Below are positions 1 through 10,187 of a stretch of DNA of 64,000 nt, piece after piece; the stretch's first letter is position 1, and each line of letters starts with the position of its first letter. The position numbers and the translations under genes are program-made. This DNA is from an uncultured Bacteroidota bacterium. GTDB taxonomy: Bacteria; Bacteroidota; Ignavibacteria; Kryptoniales; JAKASW01. The notes below the pieces were generated by a model. The model made no database searches and was not told where the DNA came from. It saw nothing but the letters and a program-made list of their open reading frames with translations. Where the stretch lies: positions 2,911,380-2,975,379 of the forward strand of contig CAWBQQ010000001.1 of NCBI GenBank assembly GCA_963790995.1. The letters run 5' to 3'.

Positions 1-1
1 G

Positions 2-508
2 CTGGACGCGGCGTCGAATGGTAAATATTATTTTCTTGATGAGCCCGTTCATAAGATGAGCGAAAAGAAGCTGACGGATTTGCACAAGACGTATATAGGA
101 TTCGTGTTTCAAAGCTATCATTTGATCGACGAGTTGACTGTTTACGAGAATCTTGAAACCCCGCTTCTGTACCAGAAAGTAAAAGCAAACGACAGAAAGG
201 ACAGAGTGGCGGAAACGCTGGATAGGTTTAAGACGGTGGCGAAGAAAGACTTATTCCCGAATCAGCTTTCAGGCGGCCAGCAGCAGCTCGTTGCAATTGC
301 CAGGGCAGTCATTGCCGAACCGAAGCTCATTCTTGCCGACGAGCCGACTGGAAATTTACATTCCGAGCAAGGAAGAGAAATAATGGATCTCTTGAAAGGT
401 CTCAACGATCATGGTACAACCATCATACAGGTGACACATTCAGAGACCAACGCTGCCTACGGAAAAAGGATCATAAAGCTGAAAGATGGGTGGGTCGAGG
501 CGGCATAG
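2..508 (+). CDS. ABC transporter ATP-binding protein, MacB/LolD type (5' end outside window)
   Basis: The frame is open from the window edge. It shows the IGFVFQ..LTV.EN block, the [15 protein letters not shown] signature, the [10 protein letters not shown] Walker B and the QVTH H-loop. Walker A lies upstream of the window. Confidence 0.85.
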   Translation: MDAASNGKYYFLDEPVHKMSEKKLTDLHKTYIGFVFQSYHLIDELTVYENLETPLLYQKVKANDRKDRVAETLDRFKTVAKKDLFPNQLSGGQQQLVAIARAVIAEPKLILADEPTGNLHSEQGREIMDLLKGLNDHGTTIIQVTHSETNAAYGKRIIKLKDGWVEAA

Positions 509-591
509 CGCACAGGGCAAAGAGCAAGGCGTGAGAGCGTTTGCACCATGCCCTATGCTCTCTGCACTTTGCGTTTAAAAAGGAGAATCTC

Positions 592-3018
592 ATGTTGAAA
601 AATTATTTGCGTGTCGCTTTTAGAAACCTAAGAAACTACAAAGCTTACACTTTAATAAACGTAGTCGGCCTTGCGGTCGGCATCGCCTGCTGCATTGCAA
701 TCATGCTTTTCGTTCGAGATGAGCTGAGTTACGACAGGTACAATAAAGACGCTGATCGGATTTACAGAGCTACTTTTTCTGCGACTTTCTATGGCCGCAA
801 CGTCAAATCGCCGTTGAGTCCTTCGCCATTGGGGCCCACGATCTACCACGATCTCCCGGAAGTGGTTACATATGCCCGTCTGCATTACGGAGGATCCTCC
901 GTAATCAGGTATCAGACCAAGACTTTCGTAGAGTCGAAATTCCTTTGGGCTGACTCGACTCTTTTCGACGTTTTCACGCTGCCTTTTGTCGCAGGTAATC
1001 CGAAAACTGCTCTCACCCAACCCAACACCGTCGTCATCACAGAGTCAACCGCTCGCAAGTACTTCGGCGACGAGGATCCAATTGGCAGGATATTGAACAA
1101 AGATAAGCAACATGATTATATGGTCACGGGAGTAATGAAGGACATTCCTCAAAATTCGCATTTTCAACCGGACTTCATAGGTTCACTCACCTCGCTTCTG
1201 GACAGCCGCAATCCAAATTGGCTGAGCGACAACTATTACACGTATTTCCTTTTGAAGAAACGGAGCGACCTGGTGGATTTTGACCGCAAGATAAATGACG
1301 AACTCATTGCTCATGCTGGACCACAACTGAAGGCCCTTACGGGCGTGTCAATAGAGCAGTTCATATCTGCCGGCAACAAAATTGGATTCGTGATTCAGCC
1401 GCTTACTTCGATCCATCTTAACTCGCATCTCGATTACGAGCTGGAGCAGAACGGCAGCATGTCCACGGTTTACATATTCTCAGCAATCGCAATCGCGATC
1501 CTTTTGATCGCCTGCATCAACTTCGTCAACCTTGCGACTGCGAGATCTGAAAAACGCGGGAAGGAAGTAGGAATCAGGAAGACTCTTGGAGCACCTCGCT
1601 CGCATCTCGTGTGGCAGTTCATGGCGGAGTCGGTTTTGATGAGCGGCTTAGCTGTCATACTTGCCGTAGGTATCGTGGAGATCCTTCTTCCATTATTCAA
1701 CGAGATAGCAAACAAAAAGCTAAGCCTGGATCTGCTCAGCAACCTGTCAGCGATCCCGCTGCTCATATGCCTGGCTGTAGTTGTCGGAATCCTTGCAGGA
1801 AGTTATCCTGCTTTCTACCTGTCTTCCTTCCGGCCTGTCAACGTCCTCAAGTCCGAGACCAAAAGACGCGCAAGGAAGTCCTTTCTAAGGAATGGACTGG
1901 TTGTTTTCCAGTTCGTCATTTCGATCACCCTGTTCATCGGTACTCTCGTTATTTATAATCAGTTGAAGTACGTGCAGACCAGGGATTTGGGATTTGATAA
2001 AGAAGAGAGTGTGGTGATTTATAGGGCAGACGATTTGTCGGCCCAGATCCACTCGTTCGAAAACGAATTAAGGGAGAATAAAGACATCCTGAGCGTCACC
2101 AACTCAAGCGCCATTCCGGGGAATCAGTGGGCTGCCAGCGGATTCTGGCTCGAAGGGACAGGCGCTGATAAACTGATATCCTTGCAGACGATGAGATGCG
2201 ATTTCGATTTCGTAAAAACATACAAGCTGGAGATGGCACAGGGACGATTCTTTTCGAAAGAACATCCTTCCGATACGGCAGCTGTCGTCATCAACCAAGA
2301 AGTCGAGAGAGCTTTCGGTGTGAAAGACATAGTAGGGAAATATCTCGTGACGCCGGGGGAGACGATGAGAGACGAAAGAAGACTCGAGATCATTGGAGTT
2401 GTGAAGGATTTCAACTACCACTCGCTCCATGATCCTATTCAACCGCTTGTCATCGGTCTCCAGTCGTTGACCGGCGTTCCCAGCTCATTTATTACAGTCC
2501 TTCTTGCTCACGGAAATCACGAGAACACTATTGCGTTTATTGGGAAGGTTTGGAAGAAGTATGCGGGAAACGAAGAATTCGATTTCAGCTTTCTCGATCA
2601 AAGCCTGCAGAAACTTTATGTGGAAGATCAAAGGACAAGTGAGATAGCCGCCACATTTTCTGTCCTCGCGATTTTGATAGCTTGCCTGGGTTTGTTGGGA
2701 CTCGCGGCGTTTATCACCGAGCAGCGGACAAAGGAGATTGGTATTAGGAAGGTCCTCGGTGCATCCGTGCCGGAAGTATTGGCAATATTGTCTGCACAAT
2801 TTGCGAGATGGGTCATAATCGCAAGCGTGATAGCATGGCCTTTGGCGTATTACATCATGAACAACTGGCTGAAGAACTTCGCATACAGAGCAGATATGAG
2901 CATCTGGATTTTTGTCATATCAGGGGCCATGACGCTGGTTGTTGCACTTACGACTGTCAGCTCATACGCAGTCAAAGCAGCAACCGCAAATCCGGTGGAA
3001 TCGTTACGGTATGAGTAA
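592..3018 (+). CDS. MacB-type ABC permease (FtsX family), paralog 1
   Basis: ORF 541-3018. The start is placed at ATG 592 (AGGAG at 581-585) because the MLKNYL N-terminus is shared by all three paralogs. It has an N-terminal TM helix, a large periplasmic domain, FtsX TM blocks and the tail ATANPVESLRYE. Confidence 0.85.
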   Translation: MLKNYLRVAFRNLRNYKAYTLINVVGLAVGIACCIAIMLFVRDELSYDRYNKDADRIYRATFSATFYGRNVKSPLSPSPLGPTIYHDLPEVVTYARLHYGGSSVIRYQTKTFVESKFLWADSTLFDVFTLPFVAGNPKTALTQPNTVVITESTARKYFGDEDPIGRILNKDKQHDYMVTGVMKDIPQNSHFQPDFIGSLTSLLDSRNPNWLSDNYYTYFLLKKRSDLVDFDRKINDELIAHAGPQLKALTGVSIEQFISAGNKIGFVIQPLTSIHLNSHLDYELEQNGSMSTVYIFSAIAIAILLIACINFVNLATARSEKRGKEVGIRKTLGAPRSHLVWQFMAESVLMSGLAVILAVGIVEILLPLFNEIANKKLSLDLLSNLSAIPLLICLAVVVGILAGSYPAFYLSSFRPVNVLKSETKRRARKSFLRNGLVVFQFVISITLFIGTLVIYNQLKYVQTRDLGFDKEESVVIYRADDLSAQIHSFENELRENKDILSVTNSSAIPGNQWAASGFWLEGTGADKLISLQTMRCDFDFVKTYKLEMAQGRFFSKEHPSDTAAVVINQEVERAFGVKDIVGKYLVTPGETMRDERRLEIIGVVKDFNYHSLHDPIQPLVIGLQSLTGVPSSFITVLLAHGNHENTIAFIGKVWKKYAGNEEFDFSFLDQSLQKLYVEDQRTSEIAATFSVLAILIACLGLLGLAAFITEQRTKEIGIRKVLGASVPEVLAILSAQFARWVIIASVIAWPLAYYIMNNWLKNFAYRADMSIWIFVISGAMTLVVALTTVSSYAVKAATANPVESLRYE

Positions 3019-3084
3019 TTCAATTAACAATGAACAGTCTTCAATGATCATTGATCGCTGGTCTTTGAAAATCGGAGGAAGGTT

Positions 3085-5502
3085 ATGCTGAAGAATTATT
3101 TAAAGATCGCAATCAGGAATATCCTGAGATTTAGACTTTACTCCTTCATAAACATCATCGGCCTTTCGGTGGGCATCGCAAGTTTCATCTTGATATTTTC
3201 TTATGTCTATAACGAAATGACCTACGACGCCTTCCATAGGAGCGCAGGCAACATATATACAATCTTTTCGATTTCGAAATCGAGCGGCAATTCTCCCGAA
3301 GTAGGCGATGCAGTTACGCCCGATCCGCTTCCGAGTGTCCTCGAAAATGACTTTCCTCGGCTCATAAAAGTGGCACGCTTGTTTTACAATGAACTTTGGG
3401 TTACTCATGGAGACGAGTCATTCAAAGAGGATGTGTATGGAACGGACGAGTCGTTATTCGACATGTTTGACTTTAAGTTGCTGGAGGGGGACAGGCGGAC
3501 GGTACTGAATGCTCCGAATTCGGCAGTAATTACCGAGGAGTTTGCGAAGAAGATATTCGGCCGCGAAGACCCGATCGGAAAAACTTTGAAGATAGACAAC
3601 AACGACTTCGCGGTCACCGGAGTGCTCACCGATTTCCCGCCGAACTCCAGCATCAGGTTCAATGTTCTGGTGCGCGCAAGGTCAAAGACAAACACCTCCA
3701 TTGTTGCAGATATCAACTTTCCGGTAGATGCAGCGCCATGGAATTCGTATGGAACACATACGTTTGTTTCCTTCACTGGTATGATGACTCCTAATGAATT
3801 GACGTACCAGCTTCCGAAAATAATTTCCAAATATATACCCGAGGATACGCGAATCGGATTGTTGAAATTCGAACTTGTGCCGCTCAAGGATTTACATTTT
3901 GCTACAAACGTCGGGTACAACATGGTTCCGCCTGTGTCACGCACATTTCTCTTTCTGCTTATGACAATTGCGATTTCTATTCTTCTTATTTCCTGTGTGA
4001 ACTTCATGAATATCTCTGTCTCTCGTCATTCTGAACGTGCAAGAGAGATCGGGATGCGAAAAGTGCTGGGAGCCCAGAGGTCGCAGGTTATGAGGCAATT
4101 TCTCAGCGAGTCGGTGTTGATGAGCATCGTCTCTCTCGTCATCGGAATTGGACTGGCTGAGTTGTGTCTAAACCAGTTCAGAGATCTGACGGGGAACCAT
4201 GTTGCGCTTTATCCTTTTTATACTTTTCCGAATTTCCTTTTCGTTCTGGGTTTCGGAATTTTGTTGGGGACATTGGCGGGAAGTTACCCTGCGTTCTTCC
4301 TATCAGCATACAGACCTGTGGATGCATTCGGGAAGCAGACTGCACCGAGAAGTAAAACAACGGTGAGAAATATTCTGGTCGTCGCCCAGTTCGTCATTGC
4401 CGCTCTTCTCATGGCGGGTGTGTTAATCATTTCCAAACAGATCGACTTCATGAAGGATCACGGTTTAGGATTTCAGCCTGGGAATGTCGTGGCACTATCG
4501 ATGGGAACCCAGGAGGATAACGGCCAGGGTCAGACTGTGGATGCTTTTGTAAATTCAGTTAATGCAAACAAAGCTGCGTATGGCATTATGTCCACTGCTG
4601 TTTCAGAGAATATACCGGGGGACCACTTTAACAATACTTTTGGGATAACTCCTGCAGGTATGGGGAATGTGAAACCGATCAAGATGGTTGTCTCTTCCAT
4701 GGATGAAAACTTCATTCCGACGTATAAGATAAAGTTAGTAGAAGGGAGAAATTTTTCTCCCGAGTACGGCACCGACAAATTCGATAATGTAATCATTAAT
4801 CAGAGTGCTGCCCGGATTCTCGGGTGGAAGAATGCAATCGAGAAAGGGCTCAATTACAACGGTGAGCATCATATCGTGATAGGCGTTATGGAGGACATTA
4901 ACATTGCGCCGCTTCAGAATGCAATTCAACCGATGGTGTACAGATATTCGTATGGGAGCTCGGAAAGGGATTTTCTTTCTGCGAGGGTGGAGCCATCACA
5001 TTTTTCTGAGGCACTAAACTTCCTCAGAAACGATTGGAATAAGTTTTTTCCCAATTCACCGTTTGACTATTTCTTTGTCACGGACAAATACGCCATGAGC
5101 TACTACCCTGAAGAGAAAATCGAGACGATTATCGAGGTGTTCTCATCACTCGCCATATTCCTCGCGGGATTAGGACTGTTCGGACTATCTTCACTGAAAG
5201 TGACACAGAGAACGAAGGAGATCGGCGTTCGAAAAGTTCTTGGTGCCACGATACCGGATATTCTCAAATTGTTTACGAAGGAATTCTTGCTTCTGGTTAT
5301 GTTTGGGAATCTCATCGCTGTTCCAATATCCATCTTAGTCTTGAACAAGTGGCTTCAAGAGTTTGCATATAGAACAAATATTGGGTTTGGCATTTTCCTC
5401 ATCACCGCGATGCTTACTTTGTTCATTGCATTCGCGACGGTCAGCCTCCATGCTATTCGAGCGGCGACGGCGAATCCGGTGGAGAGTCTGAGAAATGAGT
5501 AA
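3085..5502 (+). CDS. MacB-type ABC permease (FtsX family), paralog 2
   Basis: Same architecture as paralog 1: MLKNYLKIAIRN N-terminus, the REIGMRKVLGA and KEIGVRKVLGA loops, and the tail ATANPVESLRNE. Confidence 0.85.
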   Translation: MLKNYLKIAIRNILRFRLYSFINIIGLSVGIASFILIFSYVYNEMTYDAFHRSAGNIYTIFSISKSSGNSPEVGDAVTPDPLPSVLENDFPRLIKVARLFYNELWVTHGDESFKEDVYGTDESLFDMFDFKLLEGDRRTVLNAPNSAVITEEFAKKIFGREDPIGKTLKIDNNDFAVTGVLTDFPPNSSIRFNVLVRARSKTNTSIVADINFPVDAAPWNSYGTHTFVSFTGMMTPNELTYQLPKIISKYIPEDTRIGLLKFELVPLKDLHFATNVGYNMVPPVSRTFLFLLMTIAISILLISCVNFMNISVSRHSERAREIGMRKVLGAQRSQVMRQFLSESVLMSIVSLVIGIGLAELCLNQFRDLTGNHVALYPFYTFPNFLFVLGFGILLGTLAGSYPAFFLSAYRPVDAFGKQTAPRSKTTVRNILVVAQFVIAALLMAGVLIISKQIDFMKDHGLGFQPGNVVALSMGTQEDNGQGQTVDAFVNSVNANKAAYGIMSTAVSENIPGDHFNNTFGITPAGMGNVKPIKMVVSSMDENFIPTYKIKLVEGRNFSPEYGTDKFDNVIINQSAARILGWKNAIEKGLNYNGEHHIVIGVMEDINIAPLQNAIQPMVYRYSYGSSERDFLSARVEPSHFSEALNFLRNDWNKFFPNSPFDYFFVTDKYAMSYYPEEKIETIIEVFSSLAIFLAGLGLFGLSSLKVTQRTKEIGVRKVLGATIPDILKLFTKEFLLLVMFGNLIAVPISILVLNKWLQEFAYRTNIGFGIFLITAMLTLFIAFATVSLHAIRAATANPVESLRNE

Positions 5503-5567
5503 CTCAATTAACATTGAACAATTATGAATGATCACTGAAAACTGACAACTGAAAACTGAGAAACAGC

Positions 5568-8036
5568 ATGCTGAAGAATTATTTGAAGACAACGTTGAGG
5601 AGTATCCGCAGACAAAAACCTTTGTCGGTAACCATGATCCTTGGCTTGGCTCTGGGCATCCTTTCGAGCTTCCTGTTGCTAACTTACGTCTTCAATCAGA
5701 TTAGCTATGATCGGTACCTGCCTGATTCCGACCGAATATTCAGGATAACAAGCGACTATCATGGAATGGGAAACAATTTCGCAAGTGAACAATTGGCAGC
5801 CTGCTATTATGATTGGATTCAACAAATCAAAGATCAATCTCCACGGGTGGGGCAGATCGTGAAGTTTGATGATCCTTCCATTGTCGCTGTTAACGTGGAT
5901 GAGAAAAATTTCCGCCCTGAAAACTTTTATATGGCAGACTCAACGTTCTTTGACATTTTTAGGTTCAAATTTATTTATGGTAACCGGCGGGAAGCGCTTC
6001 AATCCCCTATGTCCATCGTGTTGAGTCGGCAAATTGCGAGGAAATATTTTGGCGATACAAATCCGATCGGCAGAAGTCTAACAATTCGAAACATCTGGTC
6101 GAATAATTACTCTTATCGTGTTACCGCTGTAATGGAGGATGTCCCCGTTAACTCGCACTTTCACCCTGAGTTTGTTGCGAGATGGCCGACCGAATATGAA
6201 AGACAGGGAAGAGGATATTACTACATCTTGCTCAAAAGGGGAGCAAACATAAATGACCTGAGGGAGAAACTGAGAGGCTTTGTAGACTCACGTCTTTTGC
6301 CGAAAGAGGCGTCGAGCTTTTCACTGCATCTGCAGCCACTTACGAGCATTCATCTACATTCGCATTTGGGTAGAGAGCTTGAAGCGAACGGAAATATCAC
6401 ACAGGTTTACGCATTGCTGATCGTTGCCTTATTGATCATATCCATCACGTGCATCAATTATGTGAATCTTGCGATTGCACTGAAAACCACATCCTTAAAT
6501 GAACTGGGTGTAAGGAGGGTGCTTGGAGCAAGAATAGGCGGATTATTCATGCAAAACATGCTTGAATCCACGATGTATGTACTTATTTCGCTGATACTGG
6601 TTTTCCTATTATACGAACCTTCGTTGGGAGTTCTTGAGAAGTTTATGAATTTGAAGATGGGTCCCGGCGGTTTCGGAAATCTTCACCTTTTGTCCGCATT
6701 TGTGATCGAGATTATAATGCTTTGTGTAGTTACCGGTGCGTATCCGACTCTCGTAGCCCGCAACATTTCATCGTCGGCCATCTTGAATGCCGGTGCTCAC
6801 ACTTCATCGAATGTTGTTTCCGGAGCGCATGGAAATTTTTCCCGGAGAGTGCTGCTTGTTGTCCAGTTCTCCATGGCGATACTTCTCATATCGTCAGTCA
6901 TTATAGTGTGCCAGCAGATGAAGTACGTCGCCGATGCTGATATGGGTTATGAAACCGAACAACTTGTGGCACTACCGAACTTATCTCTTCAAACGAAGGA
7001 AAGATATGACGTATTGAAAAGGGAGTTATTAGACCAATCAGGGGTGCTGGGAGTGACATCTTCTATTGAGGTCCCCTCTGAACAGCTTGTCGATAACTGC
7101 CAGGTCTATACAGGAGGCGGTTGGGACACTAACGATGCACCGTCCTGCGCGGTGCTCGCCGTTGATGGAGATTTTATCAGCGTCATGAAAATGAAGCTGC
7201 TTGCGGGAAATTCCTTCAAGGAATTTGTCCCCGCTGATTTTTCGGCCCGGCAGTTTAAATCAGAGGAAGATATACAAACGTACTTCAAGACCAAAGACAG
7301 AGTCTATATTATAAATCAGGCAGCCATGAAGGTAATCGGGTGGAAGTCCCCTCAAGAGGCTGTCGGGAAGCGCGCAGGAATTCGTCTCACTGGAACTGAC
7401 TATAAGTACGGAACGGTCGTTGGAGTGGTAAAAGACTTTCATTTCACTTCGCTACACAATAAAATCGAGCCGGTCGTTATGTTTGTCGAGCCCCTCTGGT
7501 TCAACAACGTTCTTATAAGAGTCAATAATAAGAATTTAGAGAATACTTTAGGCAGCATCAGGATGGTATGGAATAGAATAAACCCTGAATGTCCATTTGA
7601 CTATGAATTTGTCAGCGATGTCGTTGCCGCGAAATACTTATCGGACAATCAGTTTGAGACAGTCACGAGTTTGTTTTCGATTGTCGCAATTGCAATAGCG
7701 TGCATCGGCTTGTTCAGCGTTTCACTCTTCACGGCCGAACGAAAGCGAAAAGAAATTGGAATTCGGAAAGTGGTAGGTGCGTCTGTCTTCGCAATTGCGA
7801 CCATGTTGACGAAAGATCTTGCAAGATGGATAATCTTAGCAAATGTTTTCGCGTGGCCGCTTGCGTACTATGGCATGAACAAATGGCTGCAGGACTTTGC
7901 CTATCACATCAATATTACAGCTTGGCCGTTCTTGCTGGCAGGGCTTTTGACTTTAATGGTTGCCATGTTCACTGTGAGTTGGCAGGCTGTTCGCGCGGCG
8001 ACGGCAAATCCGGTTGAGTCGTTACGATATGAGTAA
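5568..8036 (+). CDS. MacB-type ABC permease (FtsX family), paralog 3
   Basis: Same architecture: MLKNYLKTTLRS N-terminus, KEIGIRKVVGA loop, and the tail ATANPVESLRYE. Confidence 0.85.
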   Translation: MLKNYLKTTLRSIRRQKPLSVTMILGLALGILSSFLLLTYVFNQISYDRYLPDSDRIFRITSDYHGMGNNFASEQLAACYYDWIQQIKDQSPRVGQIVKFDDPSIVAVNVDEKNFRPENFYMADSTFFDIFRFKFIYGNRREALQSPMSIVLSRQIARKYFGDTNPIGRSLTIRNIWSNNYSYRVTAVMEDVPVNSHFHPEFVARWPTEYERQGRGYYYILLKRGANINDLREKLRGFVDSRLLPKEASSFSLHLQPLTSIHLHSHLGRELEANGNITQVYALLIVALLIISITCINYVNLAIALKTTSLNELGVRRVLGARIGGLFMQNMLESTMYVLISLILVFLLYEPSLGVLEKFMNLKMGPGGFGNLHLLSAFVIEIIMLCVVTGAYPTLVARNISSSAILNAGAHTSSNVVSGAHGNFSRRVLLVVQFSMAILLISSVIIVCQQMKYVADADMGYETEQLVALPNLSLQTKERYDVLKRELLDQSGVLGVTSSIEVPSEQLVDNCQVYTGGGWDTNDAPSCAVLAVDGDFISVMKMKLLAGNSFKEFVPADFSARQFKSEEDIQTYFKTKDRVYIINQAAMKVIGWKSPQEAVGKRAGIRLTGTDYKYGTVVGVVKDFHFTSLHNKIEPVVMFVEPLWFNNVLIRVNNKNLENTLGSIRMVWNRINPECPFDYEFVSDVVAAKYLSDNQFETVTSLFSIVAIAIACIGLFSVSLFTAERKRKEIGIRKVVGASVFAIATMLTKDLARWIILANVFAWPLAYYGMNKWLQDFAYHINITAWPFLLAGLLTLMVAMFTVSWQAVRAATANPVESLRYE

Positions 8037-8165
8037 CGACGAAATCCCACCTTCGCGGAATGGAGAATTTGAGTGATGAATAGGCTCGAAACATTGCCCC
8101 TAATTGTTGCGTAGATTACCTTGAGTTAACTTATAAACATATCTGTCTTAAGAAAGGAAATCCTT

Positions 8166-9314
8166 ATGAACACATCAAGCTGCATATCTCCGAATCTTTG
8201 CGGCCGTTTCAATAATCTTCTCGTCTCAGTTGTACTGGTGGGCGGTTTATTCATGACCGCACATGCTCAAACGAAAGATTCATCGACGGTTCTGCCACAG
8301 GTTGAAATTGCAGGAACTCAATTACTCAAAATTACTTCCTCCATTTGCAATCAGGAATATGTTCTCGATATTAATTTGCCTCGCGATTACGACGATACTA
8401 CGAAAACATTTCCAGTTCTTTTTCTTCTCGATGCTCAGTTTGACTTTACCTTAATCCAAGCAATATACGGCGAACAATACTACGACGGTTTTGTCCCGGG
8501 AATTGTCGTCGTCGGAATTACGTGGGGCGGGAAGAATCCGAATTACGATAAATTACGAGCGCGCGACCTGACTCCCACCGATGTCAGCCATCTCGGAGAA
8601 AACGGAAATGCTCCAAATTTTCTTGCATTCATAAAAAAGGAGCTCATTCCGTTTATTGAATCAAAGTACAGGGTCAAAAAGGATGATCGGACACTGGTCG
8701 GCAGTTCGTTTGGCGGACTATTCACCTTGTACGCCATGTTTCATGAGCCGGAGACGTTCAACCGCTATGTCCTAACAAGCCCGGCGCTCGGATGGGATAA
8801 CGATATTCTGAATACTTACAACAACGATTATGCAGAGAAGAAAAAAGAACTTCATGCAAAAGTATTTATGGGAATAGGGGAATATGAAGACGTGTCCGCT
8901 TTCCATGCATTTGTCGATCAATTGAAAGCAAAGAGCTATCAAGGCCTTGAGCTTCAGACAAAAGTGGAAGAAGGAATGGGGCATTCCGGCGCTAAAGCAG
9001 AGGGTTTTTCACAGGGTCTGCAGTTCGTCTATGCCAGACCGGATGTGAATATTGATCCAAAAATCTTGGATCAATATGCCGGCGAGTACGAAGTAAATCC
9101 GCAATTGCATGTCAAGTTGGAACAAGATGGCAACCGGCTGGTCGGAACTGTTCCCGGCGTTCCGAATCTAACTTTCTATCCATACACTGACAAAGATTTT
9201 TACACCAAAGGTCAATATCTGATCATTCATTTTCAAAAGGATGATGCGGGAAAGGTCACCGGCTGTCAGGTTGAATCGTACAGCGGCGGATTCGTTGCAA
9301 AGAAAGTAAACTAA
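8166..9314 (+). CDS. secreted alpha/beta hydrolase, 'putative esterase' (IroE/enterochelin-esterase-like) family
   Basis: Signal-like N-terminus, FPVLFLLDAQ block, GSSFGGLF nucleophile elbow and a late GMGHSG His. An extra C-terminal beta-rich domain of about 90 aa is present. Confidence 0.6.
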   Translation: MNTSSCISPNLCGRFNNLLVSVVLVGGLFMTAHAQTKDSSTVLPQVEIAGTQLLKITSSICNQEYVLDINLPRDYDDTTKTFPVLFLLDAQFDFTLIQAIYGEQYYDGFVPGIVVVGITWGGKNPNYDKLRARDLTPTDVSHLGENGNAPNFLAFIKKELIPFIESKYRVKKDDRTLVGSSFGGLFTLYAMFHEPETFNRYVLTSPALGWDNDILNTYNNDYAEKKKELHAKVFMGIGEYEDVSAFHAFVDQLKAKSYQGLELQTKVEEGMGHSGAKAEGFSQGLQFVYARPDVNIDPKILDQYAGEYEVNPQLHVKLEQDGNRLVGTVPGVPNLTFYPYTDKDFYTKGQYLIIHFQKDDAGKVTGCQVESYSGGFVAKKVN

Positions 9315-9695
9315 AATCTGTACCCTGACCGATCCGCGGCTTGATCAATTAGTAAATGAAAGAATGTGTGGGGGCGTTGAGTCTCGCAACAAACAACTTA
9401 CACAAGAAATGTGAATGCGGGAAAGACATTCGCCCGTAAATGTCGCCGGTGCTGGAGTCTGCTTGTCCTCGTAATTACGTTATTGATTGTTGCCGCACGC
9501 GAGATCTGAGCGGCGACATTAAATCCTGCTTAGCTGCCACGATATGAGCATCGCGAAGCCATGGTTGCGAAACAGAGTCGTAGAGGTGTGAGCAAAGACA
9601 AAAGATTATAGAACATCATTGTCGGCAAAACTCCCCCTTAACTTTCTTAAGAGTCTTAGGTCTTTGCAGGCGTTGGCATAAGCAGTCGTCCTGTC

Positions 9696-10130
9696 CTAAT
9701 CTCTGGAATAAGCAAGTTCCGTCAGCAGTACCTTAAGATTTCCGCAATGTGTTACGCTTTTGTAGAAGATGCATATGCGGCAATTCGACGATGAGCACGC
9801 TTGCTTTGCTTCCTCGATGAGCCAGCATGGAGTCGAGTCGTTGGTGTATGCCGGGCAGTTCAATTTCACTTCAATGCTGCACTTGCGAATCTCCCAGCAT
9901 GGGACCATGGCTATCAGTCTCTTTATAGCTCCCAGAGTCATACGCTTGCCCTTGATCATGGTCCTGACAGACGCCAGCCACGAGAGATCGTCTTCCGAGA
10001 AAAGTCTGTGTTTGCCCGCCGTGCGAACCGGAATAACCACGCCTGCCGCCTCATATTTCCTTACAGTCGAGACAGCAATTCCGAGTCTCCTTGCGAAATC
10101 TCCTATCTTAATTAATTTTCCAGCGACCAT
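9696..10130 (-). CDS. MerR-family transcriptional regulator with a Cys-rich C-terminal (two Cys-Trp) domain
   Basis: N-terminal MerR HTH (IKIGDFARRLGIAVSTVRKYEAAGVV..R..GKHRLFSEDDL). The C-terminal segment is PCWEIRKCSIEVKLNCPAYTNDSTPCWLIEEAKQACSSSNCRICIFYKS. Confidence 0.7.
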   Translation of the reverse strand: MVAGKLIKIGDFARRLGIAVSTVRKYEAAGVVIPVRTAGKHRLFSEDDLSWLASVRTMIKGKRMTLGAIKRLIAMVPCWEIRKCSIEVKLNCPAYTNDSTPCWLIEEAKQACSSSNCRICIFYKSVTHCGNLKVLLTELAYSRD

Positions 10131-10187
10131 CGGTTTATTCTGAACTCTATCAAATGTGAATAAAAAATATGTCGATGCACAATTATC

